IMG/VR virus record: IMGVR_UViG_3300030104_006454
Location: 1 to 64,000 of that record
Source: an uncultured virus (IMG/VR IMGVR_UViG_3300030104_006454)
Lineage: Duplodnaviria > Heunggongvirae > Uroviricota > Caudoviricetes > Crassvirales
Direction: 5' to 3' (one strand)
Length of the DNA: 64,000 nucleotides
The stretch's first letter is position 1, and each line of letters starts with the position of its first letter. The position numbers and the translations under genes were made by a program. The notes under the pieces were generated by a model. The model made no database searches, was not told where the DNA came from, and was given only the letters and a program-made list of their open reading frames with translations. Shown piece after piece: positions 40,438 through 51,304 of the stretch.

Positions 40438-41961
40438 TTAGTGTTTTATCAACTTAGATTTACCTCTAAGCGTTTGTATTATTTCTTCTAACTTAATATT
40501 TGACAATCTTAACTTTGCTTGTCTTGTTGCTGCAAACTTTTCTTGCTTATATCTTCTAACAATATATTCAGGTATATTTGACATTGTGGATAACATTGAG
40601 TATGTTATATGTTTGTATATAGCGTCTTGAGCTAACTTATGAACTTGCATTTCGTTATCTGTTCCTAAGCTATCACTTATATATTTTAAGATTACAGTTT
40701 TTCCTGAAATATTAGAACTAAAGTGAATTAAACCTTTTAATTGATCTATATAAAAAGAGCCATTTGCTTGAGCGTGCTGCGGGTCAAGTCCATATCTTTT
40801 ACCAATAATCAAATCATAGTTATCGCTATCGTAATTATAATCATTTTGGTTTTCAGAAGGTGTTGAAGATTTGTAGTTAGTCCACGTTGTAGAATCTTCG
40901 GTTGATTGTAAAGTATTGTAAACACCTTCATAACCTATTTCAACGTCGTCTAATGTTAAAGTAACACTACTATTGTCGACCATTGCTGAAAGATTACCTG
41001 GCACAAACATAGTTACTAAAACAAAAACCTCGTCAAAAGCACTTACATCTATACTTTGTAAAGTTTTTGTTGCATTATCTACAACGGTACTACCGGTCCA
41101 CTGTACGTAGGCTTTGCCAGCCGAATTACCAGTGTACGGTATAAAATTAGGTCCTACCATTGCTTTACCAAATGTTTGACCGTTCATACTAGGGCCATTA
41201 GTTTTATGTGGATTTGTAACACCATGACCAGGCGTTCTACTAATACCAAGTCTAATAATTGCCCCTGAAGCACCTGTTATATCTACTGGCGCAACACCTA
41301 AACCTGATAAATTAATTTCATCTACTCCAGTAACGTTAACCGCTTGCCAACAACTATAATGCCTACCGTAAGTATGTATAGTTGTACCATCATCATATTC
41401 TTCTTTATGTATTGTTGCTGTTAACTTACCACTTACAGAATTAAATACATCTATAGTTTTTAAACTATTAGGATTTGTTTGGCCACCTTGAGGATTTACT
41501 TTTGCAGCCGTAGCTGTCCAGTCATTTGTTTTTGATAACTTTGTAGAAAAACTGTTATTTTTAAAGTCAGCTAACACAGGTAGTCCTGCAAAATCATAAT
41601 TACCGTCTGCGTCTTGTTTTATTTTAAAAGGGTTTGAAGTTTTACTTGTTGGATAAATAATACGTTCTATACCACTATTATCTGACCAGCATAGCTTAGT
41701 ATAATTAACATAATCGTGCGGAAGTATCATTTGCAGTGATGGTGGTAAAACTATTTCTTGAGACTTTACAGATTTAAAAGTATCAAAAGATAACTCTTGT
41801 AAAGCTCTTTGAGCATGAAAAGCAACATCTGTTTTACTAGCTTTACTTATTATTTTTCCTTCACCAACATATACAACTAAAAATTGGTTTATAATATCTT
41901 CAAGAGATGTAAATTGATAGTTACCGTAATCGTTACCTTCATAATAATCTTTTTGAGTCAT
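40438..41961 (-). CDS. tail ring/adaptor protein with an inserted domain
   Basis: LPHDYVNY at the N-terminus and VILKYISD...AKLRLSNIK at the C-terminus flank a ~230-aa beta-rich insert. Confidence 0.65.
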   Translation of the reverse strand: MTQKDYYEGNDYGNYQFTSLEDIINQFLVVYVGEGKIISKASKTDVAFHAQRALQELSFDTFKSVKSQEIVLPPSLQMILPHDYVNYTKLCWSDNSGIERIIYPTSKTSNPFKIKQDADGNYDFAGLPVLADFKNNSFSTKLSKTNDWTATAAKVNPQGGQTNPNSLKTIDVFNSVSGKLTATIHKEEYDDGTTIHTYGRHYSCWQAVNVTGVDEINLSGLGVAPVDITGASGAIIRLGISRTPGHGVTNPHKTNGPSMNGQTFGKAMVGPNFIPYTGNSAGKAYVQWTGSTVVDNATKTLQSIDVSAFDEVFVLVTMFVPGNLSAMVDNSSVTLTLDDVEIGYEGVYNTLQSTEDSTTWTNYKSSTPSENQNDYNYDSDNYDLIIGKRYGLDPQHAQANGSFYIDQLKGLIHFSSNISGKTVILKYISDSLGTDNEMQVHKLAQDAIYKHITYSMLSTMSNIPEYIVRRYKQEKFAATRQAKLRLSNIKLEEIIQTLRGKSKLIKH

Positions 41962-41964
41962 TTT

Positions 41965-42666
41965 TTAGCTTTTTTGTTGTTGGATTTGTTTTGATTCTTC
42001 GGTAGATGCAATTTGATATAAGTTTGGATCTTTTAGTGTTATACCAGCTAAACTTAAAATTCTTATAACTAATTCTGTTTGTTCAGATTCATGTAATTCA
42101 AAATGATTATGATCCGTTGCGTTTGGATTATATAATGCTTTTTCGTTTATAACGGCATACGTCCAGTTAGGAGTTTGTGGTAGTTTAATATAATCACAAG
42201 ATACGTTTGAAGTTTTTGCAGTTTTACCTATAACAGTTAAACCATTTGCACTTCTAAGATACATTAATCGAGAGTCTGTTGGTGTAAGAAGCGGCACGTT
42301 TAATATTTGGCGCCAAGATTTTCTATCAGTATATTCTGCGGTATAACGTCTACCTTTAGTTACGTTTAACCAGTAAACGTTTTGTAGTTTATATAAATTT
42401 TCTGGTAATGTAACACCGTTACCAACCGTTGCACCAGCAACTTCAAATAAACTTATTTTTTCTTCTAATAAATTTACCATATCAGAATAAGCAGTGTTAT
42501 TTCCAGGTATTCTTAAAAATTGATTTAAATCATAAAAGTATTGTTCAAAAATACTCATTTGTGCTTGATTGGCAAATAAATTAAATTCTTGAGGCGTTAT
42601 ATATCCTCTTTGTTCTTTATTAGCTAAAGCCAATACTGTTTGATATACCGTGTTTATATTTACCAT
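41965..42666 (-). CDS. tail ring/head-tail adaptor protein
   Basis: NKEQRGYITPQEFNLFANQAQ and FELHESEQ; position after the capsid genes. Confidence 0.65.
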   Translation of the reverse strand: MVNINTVYQTVLALANKEQRGYITPQEFNLFANQAQMSIFEQYFYDLNQFLRIPGNNTAYSDMVNLLEEKISLFEVAGATVGNGVTLPENLYKLQNVYWLNVTKGRRYTAEYTDRKSWRQILNVPLLTPTDSRLMYLRSANGLTVIGKTAKTSNVSCDYIKLPQTPNWTYAVINEKALYNPNATDHNHFELHESEQTELVIRILSLAGITLKDPNLYQIASTEESKQIQQQKS

Positions 42667-42676
42667 ATTTTTTTAT

Positions 42677-42715
42677 TGTAGTTTGCGATCGCCCCGTAGA
42701 GCGACCGCTCCTACA
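42677..42715 (-). terminator. intergenic hairpin (terminator/attenuator)
   Basis: TGTAG..GCG.TCGC-loop-GCGA.CGC..CTACA, an imperfect GC-rich stem between two genes. Confidence 0.45.
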
Positions 42716-42721
42716 GTTTGA

Positions 42722-43549
42722 TTATTTTAATTGTTTTTCTATGTTTGCATAGATTTCCATACCTTCGTCAGTTTTAAACCAAGAGGCTAAAGCTGAATAT
42801 GGATGTTCGTCAAAAGGAACGTTCATTAGTTTTCTATTGTTAGAACCCCAACTAAATGTTCTTTGATCTTGAGATAGTTTTAATAATCCCATTTCAGTTG
42901 CTTTAATACCAAAGTTTCTTAACATAACATTATCGTCAGCTAAAAGATCTAGTAGCAACTCAGGGTTGTTACGAGCAAACAGTAACAAATCTCTTTTAAG
43001 CTCCTTAGAACTCATCTGTGATACCTTAGAACCTATTTCAACTCGCATAATAGCCTCAGCCATATCAATATCCATTTCTCTAGCGGCTAACATTGCATCA
43101 GCTTCCATTTCTAAAATTTCAATTTCATTAGCAGCTATTTTAGCCGGTTGAAACTCTCTATACAATTTATTTTTATGAGGATGGTATAAAGAAAGAAATT
43201 TTTGTAAAACAGTTTTTTCTTTTGGAACATTTAAAACTCCTGCTCTAAAAGTTATATGCTCTAATCTTTGATCACCTTTCATTTCATCAACAAAACAAGT
43301 TCTTTGATTTGAACAATATTTTAATTCTCTTTCGTAACCTTTTTCTTCGTCAAACCAATATACATTAGCTGATTTAATAGTGTAAGATAAAGGTTTACCT
43401 TGCCCTTTTAATAAATATGTTCTAGGTTTAACTTCCCAACCGTCAATACTTTTGTTAGTAGGTTCTTTTCTTTTTGGTTTAGCTGTTTCAACAACTGGTG
43501 TTTCAACAACAGGTACCTCTACCTCTTGTGTTTTTTGTTTTTTTGCCAT
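42722..43549 (-). CDS. conserved-type protein downstream of the major capsid gene (possible capsid-associated)
   Basis: 275-aa ORF directly after the MCP gene; function not determinable. Confidence 0.6.
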   Translation of the reverse strand: MAKKQKTQEVEVPVVETPVVETAKPKRKEPTNKSIDGWEVKPRTYLLKGQGKPLSYTIKSANVYWFDEEKGYERELKYCSNQRTCFVDEMKGDQRLEHITFRAGVLNVPKEKTVLQKFLSLYHPHKNKLYREFQPAKIAANEIEILEMEADAMLAAREMDIDMAEAIMRVEIGSKVSQMSSKELKRDLLLFARNNPELLLDLLADDNVMLRNFGIKATEMGLLKLSQDQRTFSWGSNNRKLMNVPFDEHPYSALASWFKTDEGMEIYANIEKQLK

Positions 43550-43570
43550 AATATAATATATAATAAAATT

Positions 43571-43627
43571 AATAAAAAAATAAAGAGGGGACGGAGAACG
43601 TTTACGTGTATGCCGTCTCCCTCTTTA
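43571..43627 (-). terminator. intrinsic terminator after the major capsid gene
   Basis: On the minus strand: TAAAGAGGGAGACGG-loop-CCGTCCCCTCTTTA followed by a T-run. Confidence 0.75.
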
Positions 43628-43640
43628 AAATAATAAGTGC

Positions 43641-45167
43641 TTACTTCATTAACATGAAATTGTTAGCACCTTGTGTAACTAAACATCTTTCAGATAAATA
43701 ATGAACTTGCATCGCATCTAAATCAGATGTAACAGCTCCAACTGAACCAGTAACCCAAGTTTTGAGTTTTCTTGATTCTGTTTGAGAAGCTCTATATCTA
43801 ACATGTAAGAATGGACGCTTTAAGTTTTTACCTAAAGATTGGTCATATACAGTAGATGTTCCAGCAGGAATAATAACCCCTCTAACTGGAGCTACAGCAT
43901 CTCTTGAATTAATACCACCTCTTGTAGCTTTGTCATTTAAGTATCTAAAGTCAGACTTGTAGAAGTCATAAGAACCTCTTCTGAAACCAGAGAAACCTAA
44001 GTTTAATGCCATATCTTCAGAGTTGTTAAATACTCCGTAAGAAGTACCACCAGCTCCGTAAGAATTCATAGAAGCTAACATATCATCCATAGCTAAGCTA
44101 GTAGATCTGTTAACAAACATCATGTTTTCTTCAATAGCACCTTGAGAATCAAACTCAGCTAAGATAGCGTCGAATTCAGCTAAATCAGTCGCAGCGTTTA
44201 CACCAGTAACACCAGTAGTGATATTACCTCTAGTTTCAATAGCAGCGAATAATCCTTCAGAACCAATAGTGTTTCCAGCAGTTAAACCACCTTGACCAGC
44301 ATCAGCACCGTGAGATCCATGAGCTACAGCTTTTACAGACTCAAGCATTGTCATTTCTAAGTAATCAGAAAAACGAGATCTAGTATCACCTTCAGCTTTT
44401 AAGTACCATAAGTAACCTGATTGACCAGCTTCACCTGTAATTTCAACCCAACCAATTTGAGAAGCATCAGATCCTGAAACTTCGTAGTAATCTTTCATTA
44501 TAATTGGTTTGTTAGTAAATGTAGTGTGAGTTGGTTTAACGTTACCAAAACCTGCAGTTGAAGAAGCAGACGCTCCTTGACCTTGAGATCCTTTACCAAA
44601 CTCAGAACCAATAACTAATAAAGTACAAACACCAGCAGTTACAGAACTACTAAAAGCAGCTGTATCTTCAATGTTTTCATCTTCGTAAGGCTTACAAGTA
44701 ACTGTATCTGCAGCAACTGCTGTAACGTTACATTTAATAGCTCCTTCAGCACTAGCTAAAATAACCATATCGTTAATTCTTACACCGTGTTCACCTGAAG
44801 CTATATCGTTACCATCAATATCTGTAGTAACTCCAGTAGAACCACCTGCAATAGTAACAACGTTAGTGTTACCGTTGTAAGTACCAATATAAGATAAATG
44901 TAATCTACCTTGTTCTGACCAAATAACTTGGTCTGAGGACATTGCCTCTTCAGCACCAACTTGTGATAAAAAACCTGCAATAGTTCTGTTTCCAAAAACT
45001 TCTGCTTCTTTTTCCATAATGTCTGGTACGTATTGTTGACCCCAGTCGTTTCCGTCTGCGGTAAAATCTATGTAGTTTGAAGATAGTGTTGCTTTTTTCG
45101 AAGCTGGTACACTATTTAAACTACCACTGGCTCCTGAATGACCAGGACCCGGATTTGAAATTGCCAT
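43641..45167 (-). CDS. major capsid protein
   Basis: Follows the portal and scaffold genes, uses highly biased codons, and is followed by a terminator. LNLGFSGFRRGSYDFYK and YLSERCLVTQGANNF are typical of this phage group's MCP. Confidence 0.8.
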   Translation of the reverse strand: MAISNPGPGHSGASGSLNSVPASKKATLSSNYIDFTADGNDWGQQYVPDIMEKEAEVFGNRTIAGFLSQVGAEEAMSSDQVIWSEQGRLHLSYIGTYNGNTNVVTIAGGSTGVTTDIDGNDIASGEHGVRINDMVILASAEGAIKCNVTAVAADTVTCKPYEDENIEDTAAFSSSVTAGVCTLLVIGSEFGKGSQGQGASASSTAGFGNVKPTHTTFTNKPIIMKDYYEVSGSDASQIGWVEITGEAGQSGYLWYLKAEGDTRSRFSDYLEMTMLESVKAVAHGSHGADAGQGGLTAGNTIGSEGLFAAIETRGNITTGVTGVNAATDLAEFDAILAEFDSQGAIEENMMFVNRSTSLAMDDMLASMNSYGAGGTSYGVFNNSEDMALNLGFSGFRRGSYDFYKSDFRYLNDKATRGGINSRDAVAPVRGVIIPAGTSTVYDQSLGKNLKRPFLHVRYRASQTESRKLKTWVTGSVGAVTSDLDAMQVHYLSERCLVTQGANNFMLMK

Positions 45168-45188
45168 AATTTTTAATTTTTAAATTTA

Positions 45189-46367
45189 TTATTTGTTTTT
45201 AATTTTAAACTTAAAATCAGAAGAATTATCACCTAATACTTTTACTTTTATTCCTCCAGCTTCAACAACACCATGTTCTTGACGTGGATTCATATCTACG
45301 TTTTTAGCTTTAGCAACACTTGTTTTTAAAGCGTCAGCTTTACCTTGCTCGTAAAAATGTTTTGCAATAGCATCAGGATTGTTAGCGGTAAATAAAGATT
45401 TATGATAACCTTTAGCATCGGACATTTCGTTATTTTCATTCAAGAACTTCTTGACAAAATTATTAATATCACTTTGGTTTTCTTTTACTTTATTAGAATC
45501 TTTAACATTAAACCTATACTTTTTATCTCCAACATTATAATCAAAGCCTTTAAATTCTTTATTAAAAACATTATTTGTTTTCATTTTAAAAGTATTAGCT
45601 TGTTTTTCAACAACCGCTTCGTTTTCTTTTGATTCCTTGTTATATCTATTAAAAAAATCTACAGCTTTTTGTTGTTCTTTGGTCAACTTTGACCCAGCTT
45701 TAATTTCTTCATAGTATTTGGACTTTTGCCTGTCCAGATGGGCTTTAGCGTCGGCAACTTGCTCTTTTAACGCTATTTTTTTCTTTTTAACCTCTCTTTC
45801 TTCATCAACTTCTTCGTCATACGAAAATCTATCTTCAATTAAAAAATTCACCTCTTCAGGTGTTAAGTGAGATTTTGTTTTTTTATAGTACTCTCTAAGA
45901 ACTGTCATGTCGTCGTAGTTAGAAAAGTCTTGGTTAAGTGTTACATAATCTTCTAAACTACCACCAGTCTCTTCCATAAAGTCCATTAACTTTTGCACAT
46001 TTTCAGGTATTGCTTTGCCAGTTTCCTCAGCTTGTTCTATAGCCTCAACTACTTCTTCAGCTAACTCTTCTGTTTTTTCTTTAACCTCTTCTTCAGTAAT
46101 TTCTTCTAATACTGGGGTTTCTTCTTGTGCTTGCTCTTCCGACTGTACTTCTTCTTGTTTTTCTGTGGGCTCGGCATTATTAGGCTCTGCAGCCACTCCC
46201 TCGTCGACAAGGTTATCTTCTTTAATTTCATTTTCTTCTGGTTTTGGTGGTTTACTTAAATCTACTTTGGTAACTTCGTTATCTTGTTTTGCTTGTTTAA
46301 GATCAACTTTTGTTACGTTGTCTTTAGCAGCCTTTTCGACTACTTCTTCTTTTTTCTTTTTTGCCAT
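45189..46367 (-). CDS. capsid scaffolding protein
   Basis: Very acidic N-half, coiled coil and HFYEQGKADA; lies between portal and MCP. Confidence 0.7.
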   Translation of the reverse strand: MAKKKKEEVVEKAAKDNVTKVDLKQAKQDNEVTKVDLSKPPKPEENEIKEDNLVDEGVAAEPNNAEPTEKQEEVQSEEQAQEETPVLEEITEEEVKEKTEELAEEVVEAIEQAEETGKAIPENVQKLMDFMEETGGSLEDYVTLNQDFSNYDDMTVLREYYKKTKSHLTPEEVNFLIEDRFSYDEEVDEEREVKKKKIALKEQVADAKAHLDRQKSKYYEEIKAGSKLTKEQQKAVDFFNRYNKESKENEAVVEKQANTFKMKTNNVFNKEFKGFDYNVGDKKYRFNVKDSNKVKENQSDINNFVKKFLNENNEMSDAKGYHKSLFTANNPDAIAKHFYEQGKADALKTSVAKAKNVDMNPRQEHGVVEAGGIKVKVLGDNSSDFKFKIKNK

Positions 46368-46395
46368 AATATAATATAATAATAATTAATAATTG

Positions 46396-48816
46396 TTATC
46401 TAGGATCAAACGCACCTAAATCAAACCCGCCGCCTATACTATCATTACCTGCGGATTCAAAGTTTTTAGGTGCTTTATCACTTTTTCTTTGGTCAATTAA
46501 CTCGCTTTGTTGAGTCGCTTGAATTCTTGTTCTTTCGTCTTTACGATCTTCTTTTTGTTTTTCTTTATCACTTACAGTTTGATTGTCTAGTTTTCTAAGC
46601 TCCATGTTATACTGAAACTCTTGTTCCATCAATTCTTTTTTCAACGCACCTTCTGCTTGAAGTTTTTGCAGACTTAACTGCATTTCTATTTGAGCTAAAT
46701 TTGCTTTTGACTGCACAATTGCATCATTTTTTTGTATTTCTGCTTGAGCAGCAACTTGTTGTGTCTGTGCATTAGCGTTTGCTTGAGCTTGTATGTTTCT
46801 TTCGTTTATTTCTTGATCTTTTTCTTGTTTTTTTCTACGTCTTATTTTAAGAAGTTGATTAGCTAATTTTAAATTTTTAATTTCTCTAAGATCAATAGCG
46901 TCTTCAAGGTCTATAGTTTGTTGAGCTAAAGCAACTTGGATATTATTTTCTAATAATGCTTTCTCCTCTTCGTCTGGTTGTAATTGTAAAAATATACCAA
47001 AATCATACAAATGTAAATTCCTCATTTCATCAAGAGTAGCTACATTATGAGCTCCTATTTGCTGTATAAATGCATCAGCTGTTGGAGAGTACTCTATAAT
47101 ATCAGATATTCTTAATGACAAACATTCCGCTATACTAGAAGTTAGATATAATCCAGACTGTAATATGTGTCTTGTTGCTGTGTTACTATTTGCAGCCGCA
47201 AGTTTTTGTACACCTACTAAAGCATTTTTATCTGGCATGCTACCATCTCTAGCTTCGTTTAGCCCGGTTGTATCTCTTATCATTTGTAAATAATAATTAT
47301 AATTACCAATAAGTGATTGTAACTTTGCACCTCCAGATCCTGATTGTATTTCTTGAATAGGCACTTTACCTGGATTCATTTCACCCTCTGAAGTAAATGA
47401 TCTACCAATAACAGATCCAGTTTGGAAGAACATGTTTAAAGCTTCTTGCGGGCTATAATTTGTTCCATTACCAAGATCTATTTCAGCTAAACCATCAGCA
47501 TCTAAATAAACACCATCTGGTACCATTCTAGCTAAAACTTGTTGAATTTTTAAATGAGTTAATTGTATCATATCAGCAAAACCTGTAACACGTCTTACTA
47601 GGCTTTCTATTTTGCCTTTATACATTCTAGGGGCAACAATAGCATAATTCATTTTTACTTTTGTAAAATCACTTTTAGGTCTCATCATGTTTTTAACCAT
47701 TCCCCATTGAAGCAGTTTGTTTGTACCTAATATTAAAGCACCTTCATATAACGTTTCTATACTTCTTTGTAATCTAGAATAATCAGCTGCTTCAGCTGGA
47801 GGGTTAAAAGTGTCATCTTTTTCAATTACTTTTTCAGCTCCACTACCAACTTCTTTTACTTTATAAACCTCGTTCATATAAGTTTTATAATTAAAATATA
47901 AAACTTGAACTTTATTGTTGTCTATTTTATTGCTATAGTTAGAAGAGTGACGAGAATTACTTTGGTGGTAATTGTTATTTGTTATTATCTCTTCTAAGTC
48001 CTCGCTATCTAAATGTGGGAATTGTTTTGCTAGTTCATTTACAGGCACATTTTTAACCTCACCTACATAGTATATATCATCAAAATAAGGCGATTCAGTA
48101 TAAGAGTAAACTAAATCAGCAGGATCAACATAATTTATAGTAACACCCTCTGAGGTATTAAAGTCAGTTTTAACAGCCCCAATACCTAGTACAGTTAGAT
48201 CGTAATAAAATTGTTTTTTAATTAATTCATATTTATTACCTTCAAATAAAACATTTAACGCTTGTTCTTGCGCTATTTCTGTAGCCTGCTTATAAGTAAG
48301 CTGCATGTGTAAAGCTAGCTCTTCTTCATTTGCTGGCAATGTATTTTGGTCTGAATTAGAAAGATCAACACCAAGCTCACTCCCAACGAAATCATTAAAA
48401 CCTTTCATTTCTATATCTTGCAACAAAGCCTCCATATATTCTGTTCTCTGAGAAACTCCGTAAGGATCTTGAGAATAAGCTTTTATATCATACATACGTT
48501 CAGCTAACCCATTAACAACTATGTCTACAAACTTAGGTATAATAGGCACTGGTGTCCAGTCTAAATTAAGATAGGACAAATCACCGTTTATAGATAACTC
48601 GTCCTTGTATTTTTGTATAGACTGTTCGCCTCTAGCGTAAAGCCTTAATTCGTGAAAATTATTTTGATTTGAATCGTATCTCGTACCTCGATTATCATTA
48701 TTAAACCATTCTGTTTCTATTGCTTTAGCAACTTTTAAACCATAGTCGTAGCTAAGCTTTTCAGCGTCGCTAACAACTTGACTTGGAAAATAATTTTTTA
48801 TAACAGACTCTGCCAT
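46396..48816 (-). CDS. portal protein
   Basis: 806 aa immediately downstream of TerL; WTPVPIIPKFVDIVVNG, TGLNEARDGS and a Q-rich C-terminal coiled coil. Confidence 0.85.
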   Translation of the reverse strand: MAESVIKNYFPSQVVSDAEKLSYDYGLKVAKAIETEWFNNDNRGTRYDSNQNNFHELRLYARGEQSIQKYKDELSINGDLSYLNLDWTPVPIIPKFVDIVVNGLAERMYDIKAYSQDPYGVSQRTEYMEALLQDIEMKGFNDFVGSELGVDLSNSDQNTLPANEEELALHMQLTYKQATEIAQEQALNVLFEGNKYELIKKQFYYDLTVLGIGAVKTDFNTSEGVTINYVDPADLVYSYTESPYFDDIYYVGEVKNVPVNELAKQFPHLDSEDLEEIITNNNYHQSNSRHSSNYSNKIDNNKVQVLYFNYKTYMNEVYKVKEVGSGAEKVIEKDDTFNPPAEAADYSRLQRSIETLYEGALILGTNKLLQWGMVKNMMRPKSDFTKVKMNYAIVAPRMYKGKIESLVRRVTGFADMIQLTHLKIQQVLARMVPDGVYLDADGLAEIDLGNGTNYSPQEALNMFFQTGSVIGRSFTSEGEMNPGKVPIQEIQSGSGGAKLQSLIGNYNYYLQMIRDTTGLNEARDGSMPDKNALVGVQKLAAANSNTATRHILQSGLYLTSSIAECLSLRISDIIEYSPTADAFIQQIGAHNVATLDEMRNLHLYDFGIFLQLQPDEEEKALLENNIQVALAQQTIDLEDAIDLREIKNLKLANQLLKIRRRKKQEKDQEINERNIQAQANANAQTQQVAAQAEIQKNDAIVQSKANLAQIEMQLSLQKLQAEGALKKELMEQEFQYNMELRKLDNQTVSDKEKQKEDRKDERTRIQATQQSELIDQRKSDKAPKNFESAGNDSIGGGFDLGAFDPR

Positions 48817-48818
48817 AT

Positions 48819-51032
48819 TTATTTTTTAATTAGTTTAGAAGTATTACCACTATTTGCATATTTAGCAATACTTAAGTTTAGTTTAGGTTTTTGTACTGGT
48901 GCATTTGGTCTGTATAAATGTCTATTGTTTGCCATTATTGCTAATCCTGAACTAATAGAAGCATCATGTTTTGTTCTTTTGTTTATATCAAATTTAGCCC
49001 AATCATTTAATAACTCATTAAAATAACAGCTACCAATACTACCATCTTGTTGTAAACCCACGTGATTTTGTATATACATTTCTATAGCTGCAGCGTGGGC
49101 TTGTTTTATATCTTCACTTGAGTTAGGCATACCACCTATTTCTTTTTCTGCTACAGATAATTTGTTCCATATTTTATCAGGTCTATTCATACTATAACCT
49201 CTATAACCTCTACGCCTTAAATAGTACAATAACCTTGGTTTATTATTCTCTGCAAGTAATGGCATACCATAAAATACTAACGCCATTAAAACATCTTCAA
49301 AAAATATTTCTGCAGTCTGCGGTCTTGCTAAGTATTCTAAAAAAAATTGGTTAGCTGGCGCATCTTCCATTGAAAACCTAGTTAATCCATGTAACGCTCC
49401 TTTAGATCCTTGACCATCAACAGTACCACTAATATCGTAACTGTCACAGCCAAACGCACCGATGTGCTCGTTACCTGGGTATCGTATTCCATTTTTTATT
49501 ATAATTTTATTTTGTATTTCAACAGGTGGTGTCCAACTTATTTTAAATCTACCTTTTTGATCTGGGTAAAATATTACTTTAGAATCTTTAACACCATTAA
49601 CCCATTGAAAATTACCCTTAGTAATACCTAGTGTTCTAGACATTTCTTCATTGTAATCTATTTGTTCGTATATTTTTACTAAGTTAAATATACTATTTTT
49701 TGTTTCATCTCTAAACGCATGTTCAGTAGTTCTTGGAAACTGTCTGTAAAATTCGTTTAACGCATCTTGATCGCCTTTTAAGCCATCAGCTTCATTTTGC
49801 CAATTGTCTATTACACCTACGTCTATTAACTCTCCGTATGGGTCGAAGACATCATGGTCTGGACTATCAAATACTGGAATTCCGTACTCATCAATAAATC
49901 CTTCGTAATTCCACTCCATAGGGATAAAGAGAGAATACAAGCCAGACGCTGTTTGTCCATTTCTGTTTCGTTTATTAACGTCTGACGCGTTATATAGTTT
50001 TTTAAAGTTTTCTCCACCTTTATCTAATGAGTTTGATGTTGAGCCCATCATACATTTACCTATAATTCTACTACCTAATCGTAAACATGTTTTTGTAACT
50101 CGCCAGTTGTTTAATATATTATCGGGTCTTTCCCACTTACCACTTTCATCATGTACTAATAATTGAAGCTTTTCTCCGTCATAACTGTTATCACCTGTAT
50201 TTTTCCAATCAATAGTAGTATCAAGTCCAGCCAAGTCTTCCTGCTGTTCGTTTGTAGTAATCTTTTTACGCGTAAACTTACTTGCAGGAACCCTATAAGC
50301 AAGCTCAGACTTAGGCCTGTCCATACCGTCTTGTATCGGTTTAAAAAAGAACGGGTAGTTAATTGATATTGGAACCACCTTGTCTGTAAACATTTTTTTA
50401 GCATCAGCACCTGTTTTAGATAATATACCAAATCTTGCATCGCTTGATATTGTAGCTTGATTTACTGTTTCTGCTGAAGACATAAAAGAAAAACCAGATC
50501 GTCTGTTTTTAAGGTAGCACATACCATAACATCTTTTATCTGCTTTGCAAGCCTCCCAAAATATATAAAACAACCTGTTAGCTTCTCTAAAGTCTGGCGC
50601 ACCTACATCTATTTTACTCCATTGCAAGTACATATAATGCGTGCCTGTTATATATGTTGGTGTACCATTGTTGTTAAACCAAAAGCCATTATCTCTTCTA
50701 TTAAACTCTTCATCTATGTAATCAAACCATTTAGCTTTATTTTCTTCAGGATAAGCTCTCCAGTCAAATATGTTTTTAAGTCTACTTAATTCTTTTGGAT
50801 ATTCAAACTGTTTCCATTTTTTTTCTTTGTTGCTATACACACTACGCTCTTTCGGTAGCGCTATATGAAAATTTTGTATTTCATATATATCACCTATTTC
50901 ACCAGTTTTAGATATGACTACAATATCATGTTCTTTATTATAACCATACTTCCACTTTTTACCTTTATTAAGTCTACTTATAGTAGTCTTTTTTATAGGT
51001 TCTACAACATTATATAAATTTTGCTTATACAT
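48819..51032 (-). CDS. terL: terminase large subunit
   Basis: Walker A KNRRSGFS, Walker B LLVHDESGKW, motif GSTSN, and RNase H-like nuclease GCDSYD...HDASISSG. Confidence 0.9.
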   Translation of the reverse strand: MYKQNLYNVVEPIKKTTISRLNKGKKWKYGYNKEHDIVVISKTGEIGDIYEIQNFHIALPKERSVYSNKEKKWKQFEYPKELSRLKNIFDWRAYPEENKAKWFDYIDEEFNRRDNGFWFNNNGTPTYITGTHYMYLQWSKIDVGAPDFREANRLFYIFWEACKADKRCYGMCYLKNRRSGFSFMSSAETVNQATISSDARFGILSKTGADAKKMFTDKVVPISINYPFFFKPIQDGMDRPKSELAYRVPASKFTRKKITTNEQQEDLAGLDTTIDWKNTGDNSYDGEKLQLLVHDESGKWERPDNILNNWRVTKTCLRLGSRIIGKCMMGSTSNSLDKGGENFKKLYNASDVNKRNRNGQTASGLYSLFIPMEWNYEGFIDEYGIPVFDSPDHDVFDPYGELIDVGVIDNWQNEADGLKGDQDALNEFYRQFPRTTEHAFRDETKNSIFNLVKIYEQIDYNEEMSRTLGITKGNFQWVNGVKDSKVIFYPDQKGRFKISWTPPVEIQNKIIIKNGIRYPGNEHIGAFGCDSYDISGTVDGQGSKGALHGLTRFSMEDAPANQFFLEYLARPQTAEIFFEDVLMALVFYGMPLLAENNKPRLLYYLRRRGYRGYSMNRPDKIWNKLSVAEKEIGGMPNSSEDIKQAHAAAIEMYIQNHVGLQQDGSIGSCYFNELLNDWAKFDINKRTKHDASISSGLAIMANNRHLYRPNAPVQKPKLNLSIAKYANSGNTSKLIKK

Positions 51033-51304
51033 TACTTTGATCTACCTTCTGCAAAGCCTTTAAAAACTTTAACTTCTGTTTTGTTTTCTTTACCTTCTAA
51101 TATGTTTTCTTCTTCTTGTATACGGTTGAGAATTTCAAATGCATCAAATATAGCTAGCTTTTTAGTAGCCGCAGCATTTTTAAGTCTGTCAGCTGATATA
51201 TCATCATCACTATCAACTATAGGTTCTTTAGCAACTTTAATTAACTCATCAACTGCTTTGTGCCCAGCCTGGATTATACTCTTCTTCGTTTCCTTGATAT
51301 TCAT
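51032..51304 (-). CDS. putative terminase small subunit
   Basis: Small helical protein coupled (TAATG) to TerL; probable start ATG 51304. Confidence 0.5.
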   Translation of the reverse strand: MNIKETKKSIIQAGHKAVDELIKVAKEPIVDSDDDISADRLKNAAATKKLAIFDAFEILNRIQEEENILEGKENKTEVKVFKGFAEGRSK